A DNA stretch of 21,528 nucleotides from a virus. Taxonomy: Duplodnaviria > Heunggongvirae > Uroviricota > Caudoviricetes. Made by a program: the position numbers and the translations under genes. The number at the start of each line of letters is the position of its first letter. The first letter of the stretch is position 1. A model generated the notes under the pieces. That model was not told the origin of the DNA. It saw nothing but the letters and a program-made list of their open reading frames with translations, and ran no database searches. Positions 8,995-17,435 of the stretch are shown one piece after another. Location: IMG/VR virus record IMGVR_UViG_2526164668_000015; one strand, given 5' to 3'.

Positions 8995-9435
8995 ATGAAA
9001 AAACTAACCTTTGAAATTCGATCTCCAGCACATCAGCAAAACGCTATTCACGCAGTACAGCAAATCCTTCCAGACCCAACCAAACCAATCGTAGTAACCA
9101 TTCAGGAACGCAACCGCAGCTTAGACCAAAACAGGAAGCTATGGGCCTGCTTAGGTGACGTCTCTCGTCAGGTTGAATGGCATGGTCGCTGGCTGGATGC
9201 AGAAAGCTGGAAGTGTGTGTTTACCGCAGCATTAAAGCAGCAGGATGTTGTTCCTAACCTTGCCGGGAATGGCTTTGTGGTAATAGGCCAGCCAACCAGC
9301 AGGATGCGTGTAAGCGAATTTGCGGAGCTATTAGAGCTTATACAGGCATTCGGTACAGAGCGTGGCGTTAAGTGGTCAGACGAAGCGCGACTGGCTCTCG
9401 AATGGAAAGCGCGATGGGGAGATCGGGCTGCATGA
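8995..9435 (+). CDS. ninB: NinB (Orf recombination mediator, 146 aa)
   Basis: Internal ATG of the track ORF: MKKLTFEIRSPAHQQNAIHAVQQILPDPTKPIVVTIQERNRSLDQNRKLWACLGDVSRQVEWHGRWLD... matches lambda NinB. Confidence 0.93.
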   Translation: MKKLTFEIRSPAHQQNAIHAVQQILPDPTKPIVVTIQERNRSLDQNRKLWACLGDVSRQVEWHGRWLDAESWKCVFTAALKQQDVVPNLAGNGFVVIGQPTSRMRVSEFAELLELIQAFGTERGVKWSDEARLALEWKARWGDRAA

Positions 9436-9959
9436 CTATCAAATCAAATACGCCAGCACACGACAAGGACTGCTGGCAAACGCCGCTTTGGCTTTTTGAT
9501 GCACTGGATATTGAGTTTGGATTCTGGCTGGATTCGGCAGCGAGCGACAAAAACGCTCTGTGCGCTCACTGGCTAACTGAGGCTGACGACGCGCTAAATT
9601 CTGAGTGGATAAGCCACGGTGCAATCTGGAATAACCCACCGTACAGCAATATCAGGCCGTGGGTGGAAAAAGCCGCTGAGCAGTGCATACAACAGCGACA
9701 GACGGTAGTGATGCTTGTGCCAGAGGATATGTCTGTCGGATGGTTCAGCAAGGCTCTGGAGAGTGTTGACGAAGTTCGTATTATCACTGATGGACGGATT
9801 AATTTTATCGAACCATCGACAGGGCTGGAGAAGAAGGGAAACAGCAAAGGCTCCATGCTGCTGATTTGGCGACCGTTCATTAGTCCTCGACGGATGTTTA
9901 CTATCGTATCCAAAGCGGCATTGATGGCGATCGGGCAGGGCGTCAGGAGGGCGACATGA
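9432..9959 (+). CDS. phage DNA N6-adenine methyltransferase (Dam-like, NPPY motif), 175 aa
   Basis: Start [31 protein letters not shown] (ATG 9432 overlaps the ninB stop). It has the DxWxTP N-terminal motif and the catalytic NNPPY at IWNNPPYS. It occupies the ninC/ninD slot. Confidence 0.85.
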   Translation: MTIKSNTPAHDKDCWQTPLWLFDALDIEFGFWLDSAASDKNALCAHWLTEADDALNSEWISHGAIWNNPPYSNIRPWVEKAAEQCIQQRQTVVMLVPEDMSVGWFSKALESVDEVRIITDGRINFIEPSTGLEKKGNSKGSMLLIWRPFISPRRMFTIVSKAALMAIGQGVRRAT

Positions 9960-10138
9960 GGCGACAACGACGAAGTTTCACCGACATCATCTGCGAAAAC
10001 TGCAAATACCTTCCAACGAAACGCTCCAGAAATAAACGCAAGCCAATCCCAAAAGAATCTGACGTAAAAACCTTCAACTACACGGCTCACCTGTGGGATA
10101 TCCGGTGGCTAAGACATCGTGCGAGGAATACAAGGTGA
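9956..10138 (+). CDS. ninE: NinE (60 aa)
   Basis: [58 protein letters not shown] matches lambda NinE. Confidence 0.9.
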   Translation: MRRQRRSFTDIICENCKYLPTKRSRNKRKPIPKESDVKTFNYTAHLWDIRWLRHRARNTR

Positions 10139-10305
10139 TTGACCCAAATCGAAGTTACGAACAAGAAAGCGTCGAGCGGGCTTTAACGTGCGCTAATTGC
10201 GGTCAGAAGCTGCATGTGCTGGAAGTTCACGTGTGTGAGCACTGCTGTGCAGAGCTGATGAGCGATTCGAATAGCTCGATGCACGAGGAAGAAGATGATG
10301 GCTAA
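10135..10305 (+). CDS. ninF: NinF (56 aa, GTG start overlapping the ninE stop)
   Basis: (V/M)[55 protein letters not shown] matches lambda NinF. The track ORF 10093-10305 extends upstream artificially. Confidence 0.85.
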   Translation: MIDPNRSYEQESVERALTCANCGQKLHVLEVHVCEHCCAELMSDSNSSMHEEEDDG

Positions 10306-10909
10306 ACCAGCGCGAAGACGATGTAAAAACGATGAATGTCGGGAATGGTTTCACCCTGCATTCGCTAATCAGTGGTGGTGCTCTCCAGAGTGTGGAACCA
10401 AGATAGCACTCGAACGACGAAGTAAAGAACGCGAAAAAGCGGAAAAAGCAGCAGAGAAGAAACGACGACGAGAGGAGCAGAAACAGAAAGATAAACTTAA
10501 GATTCGAAAACTCGCCTTAAAGCCCCGCAGTTACTGGATTAAACAAGCCCAACAAGCCGTAAACGCCTTCATCAGAGAAAGAGACCGCGACTTACCATGT
10601 ATCTCGTGCGGAACGCTCACGTCTGCTCAGTGGGATGCCGGACATTACCGGACAACTGCTGCGGCACCTCAACTCCGATTTGATGAACGCAATATTCACA
10701 AGCAATGCGTGGTGTGCAACCAGCACAAAAGCGGAAATCTCGTTCCGTATCGCGTCGAACTGATTAGCCGCATCGGGCAGGAAGCAGTAGACGAAATCGA
10801 ATCAAACCATAACCGCCATCGCTGGACTGTCGAAGAGTGCAAGGCGATCAAGGCAGAGTACCAACAGAAACTCAAAGACCTGCGAAACAGCAGAAGTGAG
10901 GCTGCATGA
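10295..10909 (+). CDS. ninG: NinG (Rap structure-specific endonuclease, 204 aa)
   Basis: [64 protein letters not shown]... matches lambda NinG. Confidence 0.93.
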   Translation: MMAKPARRRCKNDECREWFHPAFANQWWCSPECGTKIALERRSKEREKAEKAAEKKRRREEQKQKDKLKIRKLALKPRSYWIKQAQQAVNAFIRERDRDLPCISCGTLTSAQWDAGHYRTTAAAPQLRFDERNIHKQCVVCNQHKSGNLVPYRVELISRIGQEAVDEIESNHNRHRWTVEECKAIKAEYQQKLKDLRNSRSEAA

Positions 10910-11571
10910 ATATCTACGAAAGAATTGATGGCAGCAAATACCGAAATATTTGGGTAGCTGGCGACCTGCACGGATGCTACACGAACCTGATGAACAAACT
11001 GGATACGATTGGATTCGACACCAAAAAAGACCTGCTCATCTCGGTTGGCGATTTGGTTGATCGCGGTACAGAGAACGTCGAATGTCTGGAATTAATCACA
11101 TTCCCCTGGTTCAGAGCTGTGCGTGGAAACCATGAGCAAATGATGATTGATGGCTTATCAGAGCGTGGAAACGTTAATCACTGGCTGCTTAATGGCGGTG
11201 GCTGGTTCTTTAATCTCGATTACGACAAAGAGACTCTGGCTAAAGTTCTTGCCCATAAAGCAGAAGAACTTCCGTTAATCATCGAACTGGTGAGCAAAGA
11301 TAAAAAATATGTCATTTGCCACGCCGATTATCCTTGTGATAAATACGAGTTTGGAAAGCCAGTTGATCATCAGCAGGTAATCTGGAACCGCGAACGAATC
11401 AGCAACTCACAAGACGGGATCGTGAAAGAAATCAAAGGCGCGGACACGTTCATCTTTGGTCATACGCCAGCAGTGAAACCACTCAAATTTGCCAACCAGA
11501 TGTATATCGATACTGGCGCAGTGTTCTGCGGAAACCTCACATTGATTCAGGTACAGGGAGAAGGCGCATGA
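10906..11571 (+). CDS. ninI: lambda Ser/Thr protein phosphatase (NinI, 221 aa); ninH is absent
   Basis: Contains the metallophosphatase motifs GDLHGC, GDLVDRG and GNHE. Length and sequence match the lambda phosphatase. ATGA overlap with ninG. Confidence 0.93.
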   Translation: MNIYERIDGSKYRNIWVAGDLHGCYTNLMNKLDTIGFDTKKDLLISVGDLVDRGTENVECLELITFPWFRAVRGNHEQMMIDGLSERGNVNHWLLNGGGWFFNLDYDKETLAKVLAHKAEELPLIIELVSKDKKYVICHADYPCDKYEFGKPVDHQQVIWNRERISNSQDGIVKEIKGADTFIFGHTPAVKPLKFANQMYIDTGAVFCGNLTLIQVQGEGA

Positions 11572-11657
11572 GACTCGAAAGCGTAGCTAAATTTCATTCG
11601 CCAAAAAGCCCGATGATGAGCGACTCACTACTGGCCACAGTTTATTGGTTTTCGTAA
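11568..11657 (+). pseudogene. Q: 5' remnant of lambda-type antiterminator Q (about 24 of 207 codons)
   Basis: ATG 11568 overlaps the ninI stop as in lambda. [20 protein letters not shown] matches the lambda Q N-terminus. The sequence then diverges (LLATVYWFS) and stops at 11655-11657. Confidence 0.8.
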
Positions 11658-11782
11658 CTGAGTCATTTTATTATTTTATTGCAACTTTTAATCTTTTATA
11701 GTGCGAAATAAATGGAGCTGGCATTCATTTCGCACTTTATGTTTTTGTTGGACTTATGTTATTTTGATTGAATTCAATTCAG

Positions 11783-12742
11783 TTAAAAAAAGAAGGTGAT
11801 TGCTCCATTTATAAATGAATAGTCATCCCCTGTCTTGAATTCTGATGTTACTTTATTAAATGCTAGTGTGAAGGCTACAGGTGCATACCCAATTGTTGCG
11901 CCAACTTGATATTCATCAACAGTTTTGTTTAGCGATACTGTTGTTTGTTTCGTCTGTATTGTTTTTCCTTCGAGAGTATAGTTGCGATTGACATCTCGTC
12001 TTTCCATACCTGCAAAAATCTTGTATTTGAATCCGCTTGTATCGGACATATGCATTAAACCACGGGGAGCCAGCAGACCAAAGCCATTATCCGAATTGAA
12101 GGTTTTATCATTACCAATGGCAATGGTTGCGCCATATGCTACATATTGAAATAAGTTTCCAGTAACAGCAGAAACTTCAGGGTATAATCCAACATTAGCA
12201 CCTAAAATATCCATACTTGGTGTCATGGATAGCATCCCTTTTACAGTATAACCGTAGCGATTCTCTATTTGATCATCCCATGCATGATATTTTTCTGCCC
12301 CAATAATCTCATGAGCTTTATTTTGTACTTTCTGACCGCCTGCGTCGGGGCCAACAACACCTATGTCAGTACCTAATCGATAGCGAATCCAGTCATTCGC
12401 AAGGGAGTTCCATTCAATACCAGTGTGAGTGTATGCACTAAAAGCTCTGTCTCCAGTTACAGCTGTGTTGTGTCTTTTATTACTGCCTGATGGAGAGTAA
12501 ATATCTTGCGCAATATGGAGAGATAATTGGCTCGAGTCTGAGATATCGTGGCTATATCCCAGAAATAAGCCTTGTGAGTAATCATCTCTGTTTTCATGTT
12601 TATTGCCATAAATATCATTAAGTATTGGTTGAAACTTCCCTGCATCATCATTTGCTAATGATAATGCAAGGCTGTTCGCGATAGCTGAACACGTGGTAAA
12701 TGACAGAGCAATAAAGACGCCAGCGATGACACTTTTTTTCAT
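11783..12742 (-). CDS. lpxR: LpxR-family outer-membrane lipid A 3'-O-deacylase (319 aa)
   Basis: Signal peptide MKKSVIAGVFIALSFTTCSAIA and the C-terminal beta-barrel signature ...GAITFFF. If cleaved after AIA, the mature protein starts NSLALSLANDD and has N9-D10, S34, Q118 and H122, which fits my recollection of the Salmonella LpxR active-site numbering. AT-rich moron on the opposite strand. Confidence 0.7.
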   Translation of the reverse strand: MKKSVIAGVFIALSFTTCSAIANSLALSLANDDAGKFQPILNDIYGNKHENRDDYSQGLFLGYSHDISDSSQLSLHIAQDIYSPSGSNKRHNTAVTGDRAFSAYTHTGIEWNSLANDWIRYRLGTDIGVVGPDAGGQKVQNKAHEIIGAEKYHAWDDQIENRYGYTVKGMLSMTPSMDILGANVGLYPEVSAVTGNLFQYVAYGATIAIGNDKTFNSDNGFGLLAPRGLMHMSDTSGFKYKIFAGMERRDVNRNYTLEGKTIQTKQTTVSLNKTVDEYQVGATIGYAPVAFTLAFNKVTSEFKTGDDYSFINGAITFFF

Positions 12743-13216
12743 ATGTTATTGTCTTCCTTTTTTTTGAATGGTGCGCGTATTTTACATACATGAGTTTGTA
12801 ATACAAGGTGCGTAATCAATATGATGTTTTATAATTGCGTGAGACAATTGATTTATTCGTTTTTTATTGCGGTTTTTATTATCTTTTAATGTAACGGTGT
12901 TTTTATTAAGTGTGTTTGCGTGGTGTTTTATGTTTTTTATAATTTTTATTTTATTAAATTTAAATGCATTAGTAATGGCTATTCTATATAGCAATATAAG
13001 AACTGTTACAAAAAAAGGGGGGCAATTACAGGTAGTTATGGATGATGAGTGAAACAGATATTGGAGAACCGGGGAATGAATGATGTCTGAGTCTTATATA
13101 TCAGAACTCCTTCGCTGTCGCTGGGGGCTCCTGTGCTTATGTCGTTTCCCCGATTCGGTTTTGAACGATTACCGAATGTTGAAGAATTATGCCAAAATAT
13201 AGAAAGGATTTACTGC

Positions 13217-13906
13217 ATGAATACCCAATATTTACAGTATGTTCGTGAGCAACTTATGGCAGCTACTGCTGACTTGAACGGAGCAACGAAAGGCCAGCTC
13301 GAAGCCTGGCAGGAGCATGCACAATTTGATACTGGTACATACAAACGAAAGAAGCTGCGCATTCTGGATGTGGTAACTGGCAAGATGATTACGCTGGATA
13401 ATACGCCGACTTCCGGTAAGCAGTCGTACGCAAAAGGTTCATCCATTGCTTTGGTCAGCCCGGTTGAATTCTCAACCTCTTCATGGCGCCGCGCGGTTTT
13501 GTCTCTCGATGAACATCAGAAAGCATGGTTGCTTTGGTGTTACAGCGAAAGCGTTCGATGGGGGCATCAGGTCACCATAACGCAATGGGCATGGAGCGAG
13601 TTTAAAGATTTGTTAAGTAACAGAAAAATTGCAGGTAAGACACTGGATCGCCTGAAGACGTTAATCTGGCTGGCTGCACAGGATGTGAAGAGCGAACTTG
13701 CAGGGCGTGAGGCCTATGAATACCAGACACTGGCATCATTGGTGGGAGTGACAACAAAAAACTGGTCCGAGACATTTACTGAACGCTGGGTTGCAATGAA
13801 GCACATTTTTCTACAGCTTGATAGTGATGCTTTATTGCTTGTGACGAGAACACGTTCAAAACAAAAGGCAGCATTTTTACAGCAAAATATTGCAAAACTG
13901 GATTAA
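13217..13906 (+). CDS. putative late antiterminator Q, non-lambda type (229 aa)
   Basis: ATG 13217 is preceded by AAAGGA. MNTQYLQYVREQLMAATADLNGATKGQLEAWQEH... resembles Q-homologue annotations of E. coli lambdoid prophages, from memory and unverified. A near-consensus promoter and a short terminated leader follow immediately, as expected for a Q/pR'/tR' module. Confidence 0.55.
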   Translation: MNTQYLQYVREQLMAATADLNGATKGQLEAWQEHAQFDTGTYKRKKLRILDVVTGKMITLDNTPTSGKQSYAKGSSIALVSPVEFSTSSWRRAVLSLDEHQKAWLLWCYSESVRWGHQVTITQWAWSEFKDLLSNRKIAGKTLDRLKTLIWLAAQDVKSELAGREAYEYQTLASLVGVTTKNWSETFTERWVAMKHIFLQLDSDALLLVTRTRSKQKAAFLQQNIAKLD

Positions 13907-13918
13907 AAGCCATATACT
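13890..13918 (+). promoter_or_regulatory. pR'-like late promoter
   Basis: -35 TTGCAA 13890-13895, a 17-nt spacer and -10 TATACT 13913-13918, overlapping the end of the Q-like gene. A -10-like TATGTT lies in the initially transcribed region and may be a sigma-dependent pause element. Confidence 0.65.
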
Positions 13919-13952
13919 TCATGCAAATTTGGTATGTTGTAAAAAATGTATA

Positions 13953-13979
13953 AACCCGCTGCCGAGTGGGTTTTTTTTA
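13953..13979 (+). terminator. tR'-like intrinsic terminator ending a leader transcript of about 55 nt
   Basis: CCCGCT-GCCG-AGTGGG hairpin (one G-U pair) followed by T8 at 13971-13978. Confidence 0.75.
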
Positions 13980-14117
13980 TGCCCTGAGTTGTACTTGTAC
14001 GGTAAACATGCTGGCTGCTATGTAATAGAGTTTTTTTAGCCTGTAACCTCTTGACGGCATTGAATTGCTTTTGTTATGAGTTGTAAGCCAATGTTATCAT
14101 CTTGTATTGGGGTGGTT

Positions 14118-14595
14118 ATGAAGGATGGTGCGCTGCTCAGGAGTTCTTCACTTTTTATTGCCTACATGGGATGCCTTGGATGGGGGAGTGCTTATTTCTA
14201 TGGATGGGGTACTTCTTTTTACTACGGCTTCCCATGGTGGATTGTAGGTGCAGGTGTTGATGATGTTGCCAGAAGTTTATTTTTTTGCAGTTATCGTCAT
14301 TGCTATATTTCTTATCGGTTGGGGTATTGGTGTTGTATTCTTTTTCGCAGTGAAAAGAAAACATTCTATGCAAGAGCTAAATGTATTTCGCCTTTATTTT
14401 GCTGTGGAATTATTGTTTGTGCCGGCAATTATTGAGTTTTCTATATTGAGACAGAAGATTCAGGTACCTCTTTTGCTACTGTCAGCAGCGATTGCGCTGG
14501 CGGTTACAATTTCGATAAGATCTTATGGGCGATTTTTATCGGTATCATGCTTCTATGATAAGCCATTTATAAAAAACATTTTTTTGAGATTGTGA
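14118..14595 (+). pseudogene. AT-rich polytopic membrane protein gene split by a frameshift at a T7 tract (14280-14286)
   Basis: ORF 14076-14435 is plausible only up to ...GVDDVARSLFF, then becomes Cys/Tyr/Arg-rich nonsense. ORF 14248-14595 continues with convincing TM segments (FAVIVIAIFLIGWGIGVVFFFAV...). Removing one T from the T7 run joins them. The likely start is MKDGALL at 14118, after GGGGTGG. Confidence 0.55.
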
Positions 14596-14834
14596 TGATT
14601 GCTTTTGTGGCATATTTTTGGCTTTTTTCATTTCTGACAGGATATTACAAACCACAGTTTAAGAAAGAATATGAAATGATTAATTATAATGATGGTTGGT
14701 ATTATGTTCTTGCTCGTTATGATAATTGTCTGGTTTTGTCTACTTCTTTCAATGCAGGTAGTAAAAGGTTTGTCATTTATCAATCAGCACAAGATAAGAA
14801 TCTTCAGGTTGATATTGTAAGGACCAGAATTTAA
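14592..14834 (+). CDS. small membrane-anchored protein (79-80 aa), possibly the C-terminal part of the preceding gene
   Basis: GTG 14592 or ATG 14595 overlaps the upstream stop (GTGATGA). It has an N-terminal TM segment IAFVAYFWLFSFLTGYY followed by a soluble beta-rich tail. One extra T in the T7 run 14579-14585 would fuse it in frame to the upstream ORF. Confidence 0.5.
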   Translation: MMIAFVAYFWLFSFLTGYYKPQFKKEYEMINYNDGWYYVLARYDNCLVLSTSFNAGSKRFVIYQSAQDKNLQVDIVRTRI

Positions 14835-15124
14835 TTGGCTGCATAAATAATATTTTAAGTTGCAAGTTGGCTATTCGTAGGAATAGAACCTTAGGCATGC
14901 TGAATGCGTTTTCTGAACATTGTTTTATAAACTGTGTCTGCTTGCTGTTGTGATCCTGCTTTTAGTGATGGTGATGATGGATTTCACCAGCAGGATAATG
15001 TTGGTACTGACTGATGGCGCTCTGGTCTGCGGCATTGTGGTATTGCTGTGGCCGATGATGAAAGAACAGGTGATGCTGCCAACTTACTGATTTAGTGTAT
15101 GATGGTGTTTTTTGAGGTGCTCCA

Positions 15125-15400
15125 GTGGCTTCTGTTTCTATCAGCTGTCCCTCCTGTTCAGCTACTGACGGGGTGGTGCGTAACGGCAAAAGCACCGCCG
15201 GACATCAGCGCTATCTCTGCTCTCACTGCCGTAAAACATGGCAACTGCAGTTCACTTACACCGCTTCTCAACCCGGTACGCACCAGAAAATCATTGATAT
15301 GGCCATGAATGGCGTTGGATGCCGGGCAACTGCCCGCATTATGGGCGTTGGCCTCAACACGATTTTACGTCACTTAAAAAACTCAGGCCGCAGTCGGTAA
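15125..15400 (+). CDS. insA: IS1 InsA (91 aa)
   Basis: [91 protein letters not shown] is canonical InsA. Confidence 0.95.
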
Positions 15401-15822
15401 CCTCGCGCATACAGCCGGGCAGTGACGTCATCGTCTGCGCGGAAATGGACGAACAGTGGGGCTATGTCGGGGCTAAATCGCGCCAGCGCTGGCTGTTTTA
15501 CGCGTATGACAGTCTCCGGAAGACGGTTGTTGCGCACGTATTCGGTGAACGCACTATGGCGACGCTGGGGCGTCTTATGAGCCTGCTGTCACCCTTTGAC
15601 GTGGTGATATGGATGACGGATGGCTGGCCGCTGTATGAATCCCGCCTGAAGGGAAAGCTGCACGTAATCAGCAAGCGATATACGCAGCGAATTGAGCGGC
15701 ATAACCTGAATCTGAGGCAGCACCTGGCACGGCTGGGACGGAAGTCGCTGTCGTTCTCAAAATCGGTGGAGCTGCATGACAAAGTCATCGGGCATTATCT
15801 GAACATAAAACACTATCAATAA
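15319..15822 (+). CDS. insB: IS1 InsB frame (167 aa; transposase InsAB' is made by a -1 frameshift at TTAAAAAAC 15374-15382)
   Basis: ...[71 protein letters not shown]... is canonical InsB. The A6 slippery run is present. Confidence 0.93.
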
Positions 15823-16581
15823 GTTGGAGTCATTACCAGTACCTTGTAGCCTTTATTTGCAGGATATAAAGGTAAAAACTCGGTTAATAATGGGTCAGGA
15901 CCTTTAATAGTTGTAAACTTGAACAAAATGACGTTAATATTATTAACGTAGATGATATTATCAGAACAACCTTCTTGCCATCCATTTTATCGCATTCAAA
16001 CATTATAAATGTACTTAGTATTATTCATAAATGATATCAAGATGGCACCTTAACCTTCACCCAAACGACGTTAACCAAATAAAAGAAAGTTAAGATGCCA
16101 TCGAAATATCATTAATTGCTGCATATCCTTTATCATACAATAACAAATGTTCTCCTTATTGTTTTTTTGTGCATCCCTGCTTTTAATATTTACATGCAAT
16201 GGAAAAACAGTATATGGAGAGAACTTTTCCGCAAAACATTTTCATATCCTACGCTCCTGAAATATAACAGATCCACTCAGACATAAATCGCAAAAAATTC
16301 AAGGTTAACGTAAAATGTAAAAAACTTAGCGTAACTAATATTGGTTTACCTTCGTTACTGTAAATACGCCAACATAGCATAGATAATCAATGAGGTATAG
16401 TCTGTTTATGAGAATTAATTTATAAAAACAAGTGAATAACAATGGAGAATTAATCCTTGCAGCTTATGAGTTTGTGAAGCAATTGGGAAAGAAAAATATA
16501 AATGATGTGAAAAAAAATAATTATTCGTCTTACCAATGCACTCGAGACTACTGATCCTACCCACGTAATGTGGACACGGCC

Positions 16582-17435
16582 CTAAGCGAGATTATGGTTT
16601 TCAAATTGTTCCGGGCTGAGACCGCCACAGGCACTGTGACGACGCCAGCGATTGTAATCACACTCGATATAATTAAACACCGTTGCCCGCATTATTTCCC
16701 GGCTGCTAAAGCGTTCCCCGTGGATACATTCCACCTTCAGCGAATGAAAGAAGCTTTCCACACAGGCATTGTATAACAGTAGCCTTTCGCACTCATACTG
16801 CCACGCAGGTTGTGTCGCTTCAGCAGCGCCTGATAATCCCCTGAACAGTATTGACCACCACGGTCCGTATGAACAATGACGCTTTCCGGGCGTCTTCTCC
16901 GCCACAACGCCATTTGCAGTGCATCACAGGCCAGTTGTGCTGTCATTCGCGGTGACATCGACCAGCCAATAACGGCGCGTGACCACAGGTCGATGACTAC
17001 TGCGAGATACAACCAGCCCTCATCGGTACGCAAGTACGTGATGTCACCCGCCCACTTCTGGTTCGGGCCGCTGGCGCTGAAGTCCTGCTCCAGCAGATTC
17101 TCCAATACGGGCAGGCCATGTGCACGGTAGCTGACCGGGCTGAACTTCCGGCTGGCTTTCGCCCGCAGCCCCTGACGACGCAGGCTGGCGGCAATGGTTT
17201 TAATATTGAACTCCGGCAGTTCGTCAGCAAGGCGGGGAGCACCGTATCGCTGCTTTGCCTCAAAGAATGCCTTATGGACAGCGGCATCGCAGGTGAGCCG
17301 AAACTGTTGGCGCAGGCTCATCTGGTGACGACGCCTGAGCCAGACATACCAGCCGCTGCGGGCAACCCGAAGTACACGACACATCGCTTTGATGCTGAAC
17401 TCTGCCCGATGATTTTCGATGAAGACATACTTCAT
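16582..17435 (-). pseudogene. IS3-family OrfB (DDE transposase) with a frameshift
   Basis: ORF 16737-17435 matches IS3 InsF up to ...SMSAKGYCY. The rest ([62 protein letters not shown]) lies in the frame of ORF 16582-16905. TGTTATACAATGCC instead of the expected TGTTATGACAATGCC suggests a 1-bp deletion. Confidence 0.85.

Larger units (their letters stand above)
15069..15837 (+). mobile_element. IS1 insertion sequence (complete)
   Basis: Ends GGTGATGCTGCCAACTTACTGAT... and ...ATCAATAAGTTGGAGTCATTACC are the IS1 terminal inverted repeats. It encodes insA and insB. The flanking 9-mers differ (GAAAGAACA vs AGTACCTTG), so there is no target-site duplication. Confidence 0.95.

Noticed and set aside
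9566-10090. A 174-aa minus-strand ORF.
   Set aside because: It is entirely antisense to the methyltransferase and ninE genes, which have clear motifs and lambda identity. It has no RBS and no family resemblance.
12782-13052. ORFs 12782-12994 (minus strand) and 12867-13052 (plus strand) in the lpxR/Q intergenic region.
   Set aside because: They are low-complexity Lys/Asn/Ile/Phe-rich translations of extremely AT-rich DNA with no RBS. The region is better explained as a divergent promoter region.
14962-15195. A minus-strand ORF ending in GEIHHHHH, which looks like a His tag or a metal-binding tail.
   Set aside because: The ORF starts inside IS1 and crosses the IS1 end at 15069, so it is a chimera. 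The His codons are the antisense of a Met/Val-rich TM-like plus-strand frame (LVMVMM) with better codon usage. There is no vector-like sequence around it.
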